Shown here piece by piece: positions 16,192 to 29,022 of a stretch of DNA of 64,000 bases. Source of the stretch: Octopus vulgaris (taxonomy: Eukaryota); assembly GCA_951406725.2 (NCBI GenBank), contig OX597815.1:148986001-149050000 (forward strand), in the 5' to 3' direction. The position numbers and the translations under genes were made by a program. The number at the start of each line of letters is the position of its first letter. Position 1 is the stretch's first letter. The notes below the pieces were generated by a model. That model saw only the letters and a list, made by a program, of their open reading frames with translations, was not told where the DNA came from and made no database searches.

Positions 16192-16625
16192 TGATATACA
16201 TCTGGAAAATCCTGGAGGGTCTTGTCCCAAACTTTGGCATTCAAAGTTACTCCAACCGCAGAACGGGGCGCCGCTGCGTGGTGCCAAGGATTCCAACATC
16301 ACCATCAAAATACAGGTCCAGATACAGCAACAGCTTGGGTTTCAGAGGACCACAGCTCTTTAACATCCTTCCTAAATGCCTGAGAGACTTACATGGTGTG
16401 GATGTGGGTTTCTTTAAAACTAAACTGGATCTCTTCTTGTTGGGAGTCCCAGATGAACCTACCTCACGACAGGAGACACGGATGCGGGCAGCAGCATCGA
16501 TCTCCCTTGTTGATCAAGTGCCACGTATCAGAGGTGGATTCACAAACTAGTGTAGCTCATTCAGCGGTGGTGCCCCAGCATGGCCGCGGCCTTCGGGCTA
16601 AATCATTTTTAAGGATTTAAGGATT
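16192..16625 (+). mobile_element. 5'-truncated CR1/L2-group LINE 3' end
   Basis: IYIWKILEGLVPN...SLGFRGPQLFNILP...FKTKLDLFL..VPDEP; near-identical to 17480-17918; tail ttttaaggatttaagga. Confidence 0.85.
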
Positions 16626-16635
16626 ATACATATAC

Positions 16636-16718
<83 letters not shown>

Positions 16719-16720
16719 TA

Positions 16721-16880
16721 CGACTGGTTTCTTTCAGCTTCTGCCTACCAAATCCATTCACAAGGCATTGATCGGCCCGGTGCTATAGCAGAAGACACTT
16801 GCCCAAGATGCCACGCAGTGGACTGAACCCGGAACCAAGTAGTTTGTTAGCAAGCTACTTACCACCCAGCCACTCCTGCG

Positions 16881-16883
<3 letters not shown>
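16721..16883 (-). mobile_element. SINE 5' half (tRNA-like head)
   Basis: Reverse complement aggcgcaggagtggctgggtggtaagtagcttgc...ccgggttcagtcc with A/B-box-like motifs. Confidence 0.85.
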
Positions 16884-16931
<48 letters not shown>

Positions 16932-17037
16932 GTATGTATGTGTATGTATTAAACTGGTGGTGCTATTAAGTTAGGCATGCCCTGGACCAATCTTTGGTTG
17001 AAACATATCTAAGATTAAGTTTATATATATATATATG

Positions 17038-17918
17038 CAGGTAAGTTCCAGGCCCTGCGCTACTGGCATACAAAGGTAAACGACATGCAGACTGCATACA
17101 CTTTCCCAGGAAGAATTGCAATCCCTGAGTCAAAATCAGTGCGTGACCTGGGCATTGACATGAGCAATGATGCATATTTCCAAGTGCATATTGCTAATCT
17201 GGTGATAAAATACAGACGGCTAGCTGGATGGATTCTCCGAACTTGCAGAACAAGAGAGAAGGAGACACTGATGGTCCTATGGAAAACATTCGTCCTCAGC
17301 CGCTTGGACTACTGCTCCCAGCTATGGTCACCACACAATATAAAACTAACAGCAGAACTCAAAGCAATTCAGAGAAGCTACACAAAGAAAATCGTCTCAA
17401 TGCAAAATATCAGCTACTGGGAAAGACTGAAGGTATTAAACCTCTTCTCCCTAGAGCGGAGGCGGGAGAGATATGCGGTGATATACATCTGGAAAATCCT
17501 GGGGTCTCTTGTCCGAAACTTTGGCATTCAAAGTTACCCCAACCGCAGAACGGGGCACCACTGCATGGTGCCAGAGATTCCTACATCACCATCAAAATAC
17601 AGGTCCAGATACTGCAACAGCTTGGGTTTCAGAGAACCACAGCTCTTTAACATCCTCCCTAAATGCCTGAGAGACTTACATGGTGTGGATGTGGGTTTCT
17701 TTAAAACTAAACTGGATCTCTTCTTGTCGGGAGTCCCAGATGAATCTACCTCACGACAGGAGACGCAGATGCGGGCAGCAGCGTCGAACTCCCTTGTTGA
17801 TCAAGTGCCACGTATCAGAGTTGGATTCACATATTAGTTTAGCTCATTCAGCGGTGGTGCCCCAGCAATGGCCGCGGCCTTCGGGCTAAAACATTTTAAA
17901 GGCTTTTTAAAGATTTTA
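17038..17918 (+). mobile_element. 5'-truncated CR1/L2-group LINE (RT C-terminus and 3' UTR)
   Basis: ORF 17085-17837: VRDLGI, FVLSRLDYCSQLWSPH, SYWERLKVLNLFSLERRRER. Confidence 0.9.
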
Positions 17919-18130
17919 TATATATAAGTAGGTGAATGAATTATCCTATGTTTATCTTCAGCACGGAAAATTCGTTTAACCGAAACCTGGGTAGCAAATT
18001 CACGTCACAAAACACAGTTGAAGCGACCTGTCATGGGTAGAAAATCCGGGTTCATGTGTAGAAATTAGTGTGTTGTATATGAATAAATGAAAGAATGAAG
18101 TCGAACGAAGATGTTAACAAAATTCGTTTA

Positions 18131-18212
18131 CTCTTGACACATGTATCGAAGACAGCATGCTTTCATTCCAAAGGAATAAAGGGTGCATTGTGCAATCTTC
18201 TCATCAGGAAAG
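18131..18212 (-). ncRNA. Decayed hammerhead in the PLE 3' region
   Basis: CTTTC-CTGATGA-GAAGA...TCTTC-GAT(for GAA)-ACATGTGT-C-AAGAG. Confidence 0.55.
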
Positions 18213-18663
18213 AAAGAGAGCCTCTCTCGACAACAAGACAAACAAAAATTTCGATGATTGCCTACAAGGTAAACAGAGTGATAATGAGTGTTTTTTTTAA
18301 AAAACCGTTAGAAGGATTGACGTCAAAAATAGATAGTAGGTAGGGAACAGTATGTTTGCTGTATGTATGGAAATGGGTGGATGTGTGCGTGTGTTAATGA
18401 GTGCGTGTGTTTGTGTGTGTGTATGTGTGTGTGTATAACTGCATTTGTGTCTGTGTGTGTGATTGTGTGTGTGTGAGAGAGAGAGAGATAGATGTCAAAT
18501 ATAGATAGTAGGAAGAGAAGGTATCAAGGAATAATAAGTAGGGAACAAGTGGAGAGGGAAGGGCACGTTGATTGAAAGAATGTTCGAAGGCTTGGGAAAG
18601 AATTTCTATATAGCAGTGGGGTGGACGTAAATCTAATTGTTCAAACCACAGTGACTATCGTTA

Positions 18664-19692
18664 TCATTTATATGAGTCGAAAGTGTGTTTCTGCCAGTGT
18701 TTACATTTGTACGATTTTTCTTTGAGTGTGTTTACTAGGGGAACCTTAGCGAAAAGAATATGGAAGAGTTCAGAGTCACAAATGTTACAAAATCTCCTGT
18801 CCTTATCAAAAGGAAAGAATACAGACTGTATGAACCAATCTAACTTGAAAATTATATTGTTGTCTTTAAGACGCCAAACTAAGTTACTTAGCCCTGTGCT
18901 ATGTCGTTTTTTACTATCCCTGAATGTTGAGTAGTGGTCTGAAATTCTCTTGGATAACTGGGAAGTGGACGCTCCTATATAAAAGAAGACATCGGTACCG
19001 GAGGAAATTCTACACTGGTAAATAGAATTCTTAATCTTAGAATTACTAGACAAAAATTTAATTCTGTTGGGGTTGTCCTCCGAGATCGAGACGAAGTTTT
19101 TATTGTTATGATTGTTGTTTCTATTATTATTAGCGCTAACAACTACACTATTTCTATTATTATTAGTATTATTAATGGTATTACAACCAGTAATTCCACC
19201 GACAATAATACCGTTATTGTTGTTACCATCAAAACTACCATTGTTATTAACACGACTAATACTATTATTAATATTATCATTGTTAACACTTTCGCTGCTA
19301 CTAATGCTGTTACTATTAATACTATTCCTATTATTATGATTGTATGATGGGTTGGAATTAGCAAGATTAGTGTTGGAACTCCCGGGTGAAGAATCGTTGT
19401 TTAGCAGTTTGGTATTGTGAGAAGATATAATTTGTGAAAGTTTCCTAGTGTTAGAGAAAGCTATTCTGACCTTGTGGGAATTGATAATAGAATGATATCT
19501 AGAATTTCTGGGAAAGTTCCTAGCAACGGCTTCACGGAACTGTAAGGGAAGGTTCGATTTAATTTGTTTTCCGAAAGGTATTACAAACCAGACACAGTTT
19601 TTTGTGGTCTTTGAATTGTTCTTAGTGTTGTTTGTGATAGTAAGGGGAAAATTTATGGGTTGGAAATTTGGGGTTGCATGATGCTTACCTCC
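18664..19692 (-). pseudogene. PLE thumb/linker + GIY-YIG endonuclease open frame
   Basis: Manual translation gives one stop-free frame: VWFVIPFGKQIKSN...ISSHNTKLL, an Asn-rich tract, then SIYQC...YIG...CKHWQKHTFDSYK*. Confidence 0.85.
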
Positions 19693-19838
19693 CTAGTCCG
19701 TAAAGAATTTATTTTATGTACAGGGTTGCTGGCACTATTAGAATTGAAATCATTATTCCTATTACGAGTAACTTTACTATCTGGAGAAGCAGATGTTGGT
19801 TTAGAATGAGCTGGGTCGATGTATGACATTTTCTCCTT

Positions 19839-20983
19839 TTAACCGGCCCTTGACAAGGCGGCGTTATAGATGTCTGCCTTTTGGTTAAAGATGTCGACAT
19901 TAGAAGATAATTTGGACAGTCTCAGAGATATGTTTTTAACTAAATTATCGGTAATTGGCTTGGCATGATTACTGAAAATGCTGATATACTTAAGATTAGT
20001 GGAAAGTGTATGATAAGGGAAGTATGAGTTATTCTGCAGATTGAGGGTAATGTCCAAGAAGTTGGCTTTAGTTAATTCATCGTCAAAAACTATGCGCAAG
20101 CCCATTCTACTAAAAAACCTAACTAATCTGTTCTTAACCATCTGTATTTAGTGGTTCAAAACGTTTTGGAAGTAAAGCAGACAATCGTCGCGATAAAGAC
20201 CTCCACAGATGTCCGGGAATTGGTCGGCCATTTCGTAAAGAATATAAATTCCGAACAAATGGGCTATCTGGGCGCTGTCTGTACGTCCCATTAGTACATC
20301 AAACGCATTAGGGGTATCTCTACGGACCCACAACTTGCTATCGAACTGGATGAAAGATTTCCTAGCAGTCAATATCACACTAATTTCCTCCATGGAGAGG
20401 CCTGCCTTATTGTGTGCGTGCCATAGGGCCTTATTAAGTATAATAGGGTTGATCGAAGAATAGAAACTAGATATATCGAATTGGATAAATTTAGTGTTGG
20501 CCTTATCAGTAATAGAAGTAAACCAATCTACGACTTGAACAGAATTGGACCATAAGCTAAGTTTTAATTTATTAATTAATATAGGGATATACTTATGTAA
20601 TATGTATTTACTAAGGGTACCGATGTCTGAACTGGAAGGGCATATAAGCTGCAATGCTGGGTTAGTATGAAAGTTCTGTTTGTGGTCCTTTAAGATGAAT
20701 CTGGGTTGTCTAGGGTTCAACGGTTCCGTCTTCATCTGTAATCCGTAAGTCTCCATAATCTGCTTAGTTTCTAAGTTGGCCTGCCTGAGAGTATTCCTAC
20801 TGGTGATCCTGAAATTCTTATGTATCTCCTTTTTGAGCAGTTCTAAATAATGGCTCCTGGTAAGCTTATATATGTTGCCGGTTTTATCCGATTGGACCAG
20901 GATAGAATCTAAGCTGTTTATATCTCTAGAGACGTTATCGAGGTATCTGAGGTGCTTATTCCTGAGGGGTGATTTATGAAATG
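19839..20983 (-). pseudogene. PLE reverse transcriptase, disrupted
   Basis: ORFs 20148-21044 and 19839-20141 carry consecutive RT motifs including YRDD. The N-terminus of the listed ORF is microsatellite. Confidence 0.9.
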
Positions 20984-20987
20984 TATG

Positions 20988-21021
<34 letters not shown>

Positions 21022-21084
21022 AGTGTGTTTGTGTGTAGATGCATATGTGTGTATGCCTGTATATATGTATGTGGGTATATATTT

Positions 21085-21745
21085 CAATACGGAGCAAATA
21101 ATTTAGGAGAAAATATTTGCAAATACATTATTGACTGTTATCTAGTGTAGCAAGTAAAAACGATAACAGAATCAATAATATAAACGATTGCAGCCCAATC
21201 CTAATCAATTGCATTAAATAGCAGAAGGATTAAAATTAATCGAAGGATATAATGAGTATGTCTACTTGCTGGAAATAACAGTCACAACACTTATTAAAAT
21301 CGCCAAAAGGACATTGATAATAACTACAGTAATCAGCCGTCTCCTAGCAAACGGGCGAAGAAAATCTTTCAAATTACATTCAATTATTTGGACTCGCGCG
21401 GACTAGTTTCTCGATTGGCATTACATTAGATAAAGGCAGTTAATAGTAACATTGCAAATATTTTCTCCTGATTTATTTATTCTGTGTTAAAATTAATTTC
21501 CACAGGTGACTGCCTTGATTTGGGAGAAAACCAATCAGTCTGCAGGGCAAACTTCAACGCGTGCTGAGGAAGTTGAGGCCAGTCCAGAAACTGGTCCACG
21601 CGAGTCCAAATACTTAGCCCGCTTGCTTGTAGACGGTTGATTTCTGTAGTTATTACCAGTGTTCTTTCGGCGATTTAAATAAGAATTTTGACTGTTATTT
21701 CCAACAAATAAACATACATTGTATGTCCTTTGATTAAATTTAATA
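21085..21745. repeat. Interleaved diverged inverted repeats
   Basis: 21085-21140 is inverted at 21420-21487; 21228-21420 is inverted at 21578-21745. Confidence 0.7.
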
Positions 21746-21785
21746 TGTAGATGTATATGTATATTCAAAAATATATATATACATA

Positions 21786-21856
<71 letters not shown>

Positions 21857-21979
21857 GTACATATATAAGTATGTGTATATATATATGTATAAGTATATAT
21901 GTATACATACACATGTATATATATACGTATGCATATGTACATACATATGTATATATGTATATATATATATACATATATA

Positions 21980-22038
<59 letters not shown>

Positions 22039-22106
22039 ACCTATATGTATATAAATTCAGATGAATATGGTACTTAATTTGAAGCACTAGAATTTAGTAT
22101 GATGAT

Positions 22107-22229
22107 TAAAATCAAAATAAGCAACAAGGGTATCCATACGTAATGTAGTACGATCGCTTCACGCGATCGTCGCATGAAACAATCGTACTGCATTACCTCT
22201 GGCAATCCTTGTTGCTTATTTTGATTTTA
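22107..22229. repeat. About 120-bp fold-back palindrome of the 3' end of a hammerhead-bearing family
   Basis: taaaatcaaaataagcaacaagg...gtaatgtagtacgat / atcgtactgcattac...ccttgttgcttattttgatttta; homologous to 9590-9640. Confidence 0.8.
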
Positions 22230-22258
22230 TATTATATATATATGTATATATATGTATG

Positions 22259-22338
<80 letters not shown>

Positions 22339-22402
22339 CAAATATATATGTATATATATAAATATATACATATATATATATAGATACATATATATATATA
22401 TG

Positions 22403-22492
<90 letters not shown>

Positions 22493-22518
22493 GATATATG
22501 TAGATATATGTGGGTATG

Positions 22519-22574
<56 letters not shown>

Positions 22575-22576
<2 letters not shown>

Positions 22577-22765
22577 AACCAAACAAGAAAGCACAAAATC
22601 ACAACAACGTGAGGACGTGGAACAAATATAGTATTATTGAACGCTCAGGAAAGAAGGAAAGAAGGAGGGTATAACGTTTCGAGCGGAACTCTTCGTCGGA
22701 AACATAGGAGAAGGAAAAATCCAAAGAATGGAAGACAGAGGAAAAGAAATCGCCAACGGTACACA
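22575..22765 (-). mobile_element. Short PLE-derived repeat with hammerhead-like core (22669-22703)
   Basis: Same family as 33190-33392 and 42300-42465, in (TA)n. Minus strand GTTT-CCGACGA-A-GAGT TCC GCTC-GAA-ACGT-T-ATAC. Confidence 0.65.
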
Positions 22766-24316
22766 CATATATATATATATGTATAAATGTGTTTATATAT
22801 GTAGATATTTATATGTACTTATACGTAAGAATTCAATATTTCTATGCCATTGTTAACATTCATGTTTTGAACATCAGAAATCTGTTTAGTAATATTTACA
22901 CAGATGAGAAATGTGACATTATTATATCTTTTCTCTAATATTAATTTAGTCATTTCTTCTATTTGGTAAAGTGGAGAGCCTTATAGTAGAACTTATTCTA
23001 TAAAGAACTATCTCAATAAAATATTGTTTAATACCTAAAGATCAATAAATGATAGCAGTTTGTTGTGCGTAACAGTTGCAATTTATGGGAGTTGCTTGTT
23101 TTTCAAAGTGTTACATGCATATTTTTCTTAAATTTAAAGACACAATTTCTACCTTCTGAAATAAACAACTTGTGCCTACTTTAGTCAATTGAAATATACG
23201 TTTCATTCATAAACAGATTTTATTTGCTTCTTGATATCATTAGTCATTTACACCCTACATCATAGAATAAACTTTCAGAAGAATATAAATCGATTTTATG
23301 CTTTTTAAGGAATAATTACTTGCCATCAACTGACACATTTATAGTCATAATTGTAAAGATGTTAACATTATACGCCATATTTTAATGTTACAGTATTTCT
23401 TTCCAAGCGTTCAAGATCTTAATTTATGTGTTTAATTTGATGAATATATTTTGCTAGTGATCATGTTTCGTCTTATGAAATGAGGTCCCTTGGAAATAAG
23501 CTCTAACTATTTCCTTATACCGACTGCAATACAGCCGTAAGTACTTCTATAATATGTCAAAGTTTACGCATCTATAGTTTATGAGTAATTCTGAAGGACA
23601 TGATCTTTATTTCTCGATCAAAATTATGTATCTTTCAAACTGTTACTTCTTTAGTCTATGCACACATTTCAAGACCTACCTAATATAATTTGTTGTGCTC
23701 AAATGTCGTAATATATTACAGGTTGTTTTCTAACTGTTTTCCATTTTACGGTTTAATTGTTCGGCTAAAATCTGCGCTAAAATAAACAGTTTGAGACCTA
23801 GAATACTTTGATGACGATATTTATAATTTCTACTAACTCTAAACAGCATGAATTTACAATGAGTGAAAAAAATTACGAGGTTACGCAATGATTCTGCTAA
23901 CATTATTAAAATGTATCTATAAACATGAAATAATCATAACTAGGCATGTAATTGCCATCATCTGGGTAAACACACGCATACATGCCTATGCATATATGAG
24001 GGTGCGCGCGCTCGTGTGTTGATGGACATATGCATAATTACGCATGGTATATTTAAGCAAATCGTAAAAGTCTTGGACAATGTTTCTAAAACAAGGTTAA
24101 TTATACAATTTTTTCTAATCAGAAACAGTAGATACACATCCAGATTCTTATACTTTCAGCTGAAAACCTCGTAAGGAAAATTGTACTAATGTAAATTGCA
24201 GTATTACAACCTTATATGTTAAAATCTTTTGCTTTTGTGCAGTTTTGGTCTAGTTTTAATTTACTTCCTCATATCTGTGTGTGTCTGTATTTATATGTGT
24301 GAGTGTGTCTTTGCAC

Positions 24317-24366
<50 letters not shown>

Positions 24367-25291
24367 TGTTTAAAATTGTACAAAAGTAAAAGCATTACAA
24401 AGATAGGTGAGAGAATGTCAAACCAGGTGTATTACGCTGAGGAAAAAAGGAAGCATTATTTTACGTCTCCAGCCTATGCTCTTCTACTGAAAGGACTGAG
24501 GAGAAAAACAAATGGATTGATGAAACAAATCGATAAAAAAATATGTGTCTGAATTAACGGTTGCACATTTTGAACATATAAGTACAAACACAACGTCTGT
24601 ACAGGTTTAGTGGATTATGCTTTTCATGTGACAGGAAGATGCTAAATGCACTTACATTACAAACTGCAGCAATCACATATGAACAAATGTTAAAGCTCAA
24701 TTGTGTTTCTAGATATTCTATCATACGACCATAAAGTTGCATGGAAAATTTCATTTGTTCCCTATAGCAAATATAAAAATGAATAATTATGTTTATAGGG
24801 GATCAATATATTCTACTGTCGCAAAGAGAGGTCCCTCAATTGTTTTATTCCATTTCTTCCATTTGATAAAGTGGAGAGCATTGTAGCAGAATTTATTTTA
24901 TAAAGAACTATCTCAATAAAATATTGGTTAATACCTCAAGATCAATAAAGATCAATATCCTAGAAAAATTTGAGGGAAACAAAATGCAATGCCACCTGTC
25001 ATCTTTTTGTAGTTGATAAAATAAATACCAGTTCATCACTGGGGGTCGATGAAATCGACCTGGGCCCATACCCCGAACTTGCCGGCCTTGTGTCAAACAT
25101 AGATATCACTATTTTATATTTTATTTATATTGTATATCTGAATGATAGCTGCATAAAATGTTGTGATAGAGGTGCATAAATAAAATGTACATAACCAAAA
25201 GAAGCAATAGCTATAGCATTCTATGGGTTCTTTGTACTAATCATTCACGTTTCCTTTCTAGTGATATTATATTTCATATAAAAAATAAATA

Positions 25292-25348
<57 letters not shown>

Positions 25349-27034
25349 ATTTAAATGTTCTAAAATGTATTCTGATGGTTGATGTTTCATTTTAAATTAG
25401 TTTCATCATCCGTTTCACTTCATTCATTTCCATATAATTTCATTAATATTCTGTCTAAATTTATTAAATTTTTGTCGAATTATAAAGCAGTTAACCAATG
25501 GCTGAATATCATATATTAGTTTGTTTATTCATATAATCACTGGTTCCCTTAATCAATGAAATGCATCACAAATATAATGCTCAATATGAAATGCATTACT
25601 TGAAATTTCCAATAAAATATTGATTTCTATATTAGATGACATTTTATTAAATGACAGGACATACTCGGAAATCGTTTTATGGCTTCAATTAAAAGTACGA
25701 TAAGCGGCACCTGGAAATGTTGTAGGATCCAATAGGGACTCAAATGATTAAGAGCCTTTTTGACCGGTGAATATCTAGAGACTCAGGCAACAAACCATCT
25801 GTCTAAAAGCTAAATATCATGTCATAGCGGCTTCAGAAACTTAATTATTAACCTTTACACACTGCATCTTCTCAAGAGTTGTTTTCATCTGCCACTGTCC
25901 TATTTCTACAAGGGATAAAACTCATATGGCATCATGATGCATCTACAGTGTGCTAAAAGACGTTGAGTGTTATTTATAAATTTCCTGTTCGAAAATCATA
26001 AATAATTGTCGCGACTGTCATTAGATGTAATAGGCAGTCAATATACCGTACAGAAAGTGTTTAGATAATTTCTTGCAGAACAGTCAAACCACTGTGTAGA
26101 TGGGATCGTCGCTATGAATAAAAGTTATATTTCCTTATGTTATAGAAAATGGTGTCTTTTAGACCTGATTATATTAACTTGCTAAGACAACTAATATTAT
26201 ATGGATAAAATGAAATCTATCATAATTTCTTAAATTTGCATCAATCTCCTTTACGTATGTATGTATGTATGTATGTAAGTATGTATGTATGTATGTATAT
26301 TTGTATGTATGTATCACGCATAATTTCGAAAATGGGTTGACTGTCATTCTTGTCTCATTATTTCCGTTCATTTTGTTTCGTATACCCTTTCATGCCTTGT
26401 TGTTACTCTTAGCCAACTGTATTTTTCAAAACTTTATTTTTAAACACTTGCTACATCTTTTGATATTCTATTTAAAATTTCTCTATGATTGTAGCCGACA
26501 TGAATATTGTTGGTGGGGTGATTCACCAATCACATTATATATTATATATTATAAAGAGAATTCGAACAAGAGATGTGGGATGAGTTCAGGCTCAGTAGTA
26601 AACAATGAACGACGAGCTCTACACAAATTATGAGAAATAACAATAGAAACGACGATAAAAATAATGCGTATACACACACATGCATACGCGCAACACACCT
26701 ACACATACACAATATAAATGAGGTTGAGTTAAGATGAATAATTCACCAATAGCATATGTTTGAACTACAAGGATAAAACGCAAAATAGGAAATACCACGA
26801 GGCATGATTATTTAATTTATTTAAATTATCTTCATCTCAATCAAGTGTATAAAAAGTAAGGAATAACAATGAAGGCAAGGGGAGATAATCTCAAGTTTCA
26901 AGAATTTTCCAAAGTGCACAAGGCGTTAAAGATAAAACAGGATTATTGTCTGGAGATAAGAGGATTCTCAATGGCATGTGTTTCTGGTTCAATGGGCGTT
27001 ATATGTATGCATGTATATCTGGATGGATGGATGG

Positions 27035-27113
<79 letters not shown>

Positions 27114-27116
<3 letters not shown>

Positions 27117-28717
27117 TGGCGGCCAACATGTTGAGAACGGCATTGTTTTCGTCAGAAAAGTAGATATAATTTTTTATCAAAGTTGTTCTATATTCTATAA
27201 TTTTCACAAACAATAAATACGATATTATTTGTTATTGCTTGACATTTTGGTGTAATTTGAGAGGATAATACAAAATTTATGGATGATTTAGTGATTTACT
27301 GCAAAACCCATGGCGGCCAAAATGATCAGAACGGTTGTTTTTTACTCCGTGTTTTAGTATATTTAACCGGCGAACTCTAATGTTTTGAATTTGTTTACGT
27401 GACGGTTCGTTTACTAAACATTAGTAATAATATTTGCAGTGTACTTTGTTAATATAATGCCACTTACTCCGTTACCAATTCGTCAGCAGATTATTAAGCT
27501 TCGAAGGAAGGATGATTTAAGTATTGGGTCTATTGCAAAGATTGTTAACAAGTCAAAAAGTGTTGTACACGGTATTCTTAAGGTCTACAATGATTGTGGT
27601 TCGTGTGAAGCAAGAAAGTTTACAGGTAGGCCAAGAGAGAAGATCGTGCTATGGTAAAGTTGGTTAAAAAGGACAGATTTAAAACTGCTGCTGCTGTTTC
27701 TCGGAAAATGAGCATTGTATTGAAGAAAACTTTATCTCGAAAAACTGTGTCTCGTCGTTTAGTTGAACATGACCTACAAGCAAGAGCACCAGCAGTGAAG
27801 CCACTGATAAGCTCTAAGTATAAAAAGTGTCGTCTTAACTTTGCAACCGAACATGTATTGTGGTTTCAAGAAAAATGGCAAACGGTGCATTTCAGTGATG
27901 AATCTAAGTTTATGTTATGTGGCTCAGATGGGAAAAGGTACGTTCGTAGAAAAGTAGGTGAAAAATTGTCGCCTAAATGCCTTAAGACTAGTGTTAAATT
28001 CGGTGGAGAAAGTATCATGGTTTGGGGGATGATATCTGGAGATGGTGTGGGCCCTTTGGTGCGATTACATGGAAAGGTAAATGCAGGAATTTATAAACAA
28101 CTTGTAAAAGATCATGTCTTGCCTGTGCTGAGAAATTCAACTAAGCGACCACCCATATTCATCCAGAACAATGCCCCATGTCACAAGGCTAAGGTGGTCA
28201 TGAACTTCGTCAAGGCTGAAAAGGTTATTGTTATGGATTGGCCTGCTCAAAGCCCAGATCTCAATCCTATTGAAAATGTATGGAATATTCTAGGAGAACG
28301 TTCGAAAGCCAGAAATCCTAAAACAACTGAGCAATTATGGAATGCCCTTCAGGAAGAATGGAATAAGATCACCTAGCAAGAAATTGAAAATTTAATTTCC
28401 TCATGCAGTCGAAGATGTCAGAGTGTGATTGAAGCTAAAGGACTTCACACTAAATATTAAATAATTCCAGTATTCTCTGTCATTTTTGATTATTTTATTT
28501 TTTCAACCGTTTTGAACATTTTGGCCGCCATGGGTTTTGAAGTAAATCACTAAATCATTCATAAAATCTGTATTATCCTTTCAAATTACACCAAAATCTC
28601 AGACAATAACGAATGATATTGTATTTATTGTCTGTGAAATATAAAACTACTTTGATAAAAACCTATAGTTACTTTTCTGACGAAAACATTGCCGTTCTGA
28701 ACATTTTGGCCGCAACT

Positions 28718-28718
<1 letters not shown>
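27114..28718 (+). mobile_element. Tc1 element with long IR/DR termini
   Basis: About 220-bp TIRs (27114-27336 / 28504-28718), each with outer and inner ggcggccaa.atg..cagaacgg direct repeats; inserted in (TA)n. Confidence 0.95.
27457..28460 (+). pseudogene. Tc1 transposase pseudogene
   Basis: MPLTPLPIRQQII...TGRPR, frameshift near 27640, FSDESKF, IQNNAPCH (second catalytic D appears as N), SPDLNPIENVW, TAG at 28374-28376, then ...EAKGLHTKY*. Confidence 0.93.
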
Positions 28719-28760
<42 letters not shown>

Positions 28761-28939
28761 TTTATAAGTATGATTATAATTATAATTAAGTTTCAGCAAA
28801 AATTTACTCCACCACATACCGAAATTTAGAAATAGCAGTTAAAACTACTATTTTTTTCACTACCATGAGAAAATCTCTTAGACAGCAATAATCAACAACT
28901 CACGCAGGTAAAGAGAAAAAATAAGGAATCCACTGATTA

Positions 28940-29022
28940 ACTGTATACGCGTTCCGGAGTTAGGGAGATGTGAAAAATGTAAAATCATAATTCTACCCTC
29001 ACATTCGCCTCTACAGTACAGT
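28940..29022 (-). ncRNA. Decayed hammerhead motif
   Basis: ACTGTA-CTGTAGA-GG...CC-GGA-ACGCGT-A-TACAGT: stems I and III intact, two core substitutions. Confidence 0.5.

Larger units (their letters stand above)
17960..20983 (-). mobile_element. 5'-truncated Penelope-like retroelement (RT + C-terminal GIY-YIG; Neptune/Hydra-like)
   Basis: RT motifs SDKTGNIY, KDHK.NF, FIQFDISSFYSSI, FDVLMG, GLYRDD, NFLDITLNL. EN motifs SIYQC...FYIGAST...KRISDH...CNICDSE...LVN...CKH. Frameshifted. Element boundaries approximate. Confidence 0.92.

Noticed and set aside
18664-20983. Selenocysteine recoding as described for Naiad PLEs
   Set aside because: The EN is C-terminal, its Cys codons are ordinary, and the disruptions seen are frameshifts with TAA/TAG rather than in-frame TGA at Cys positions.
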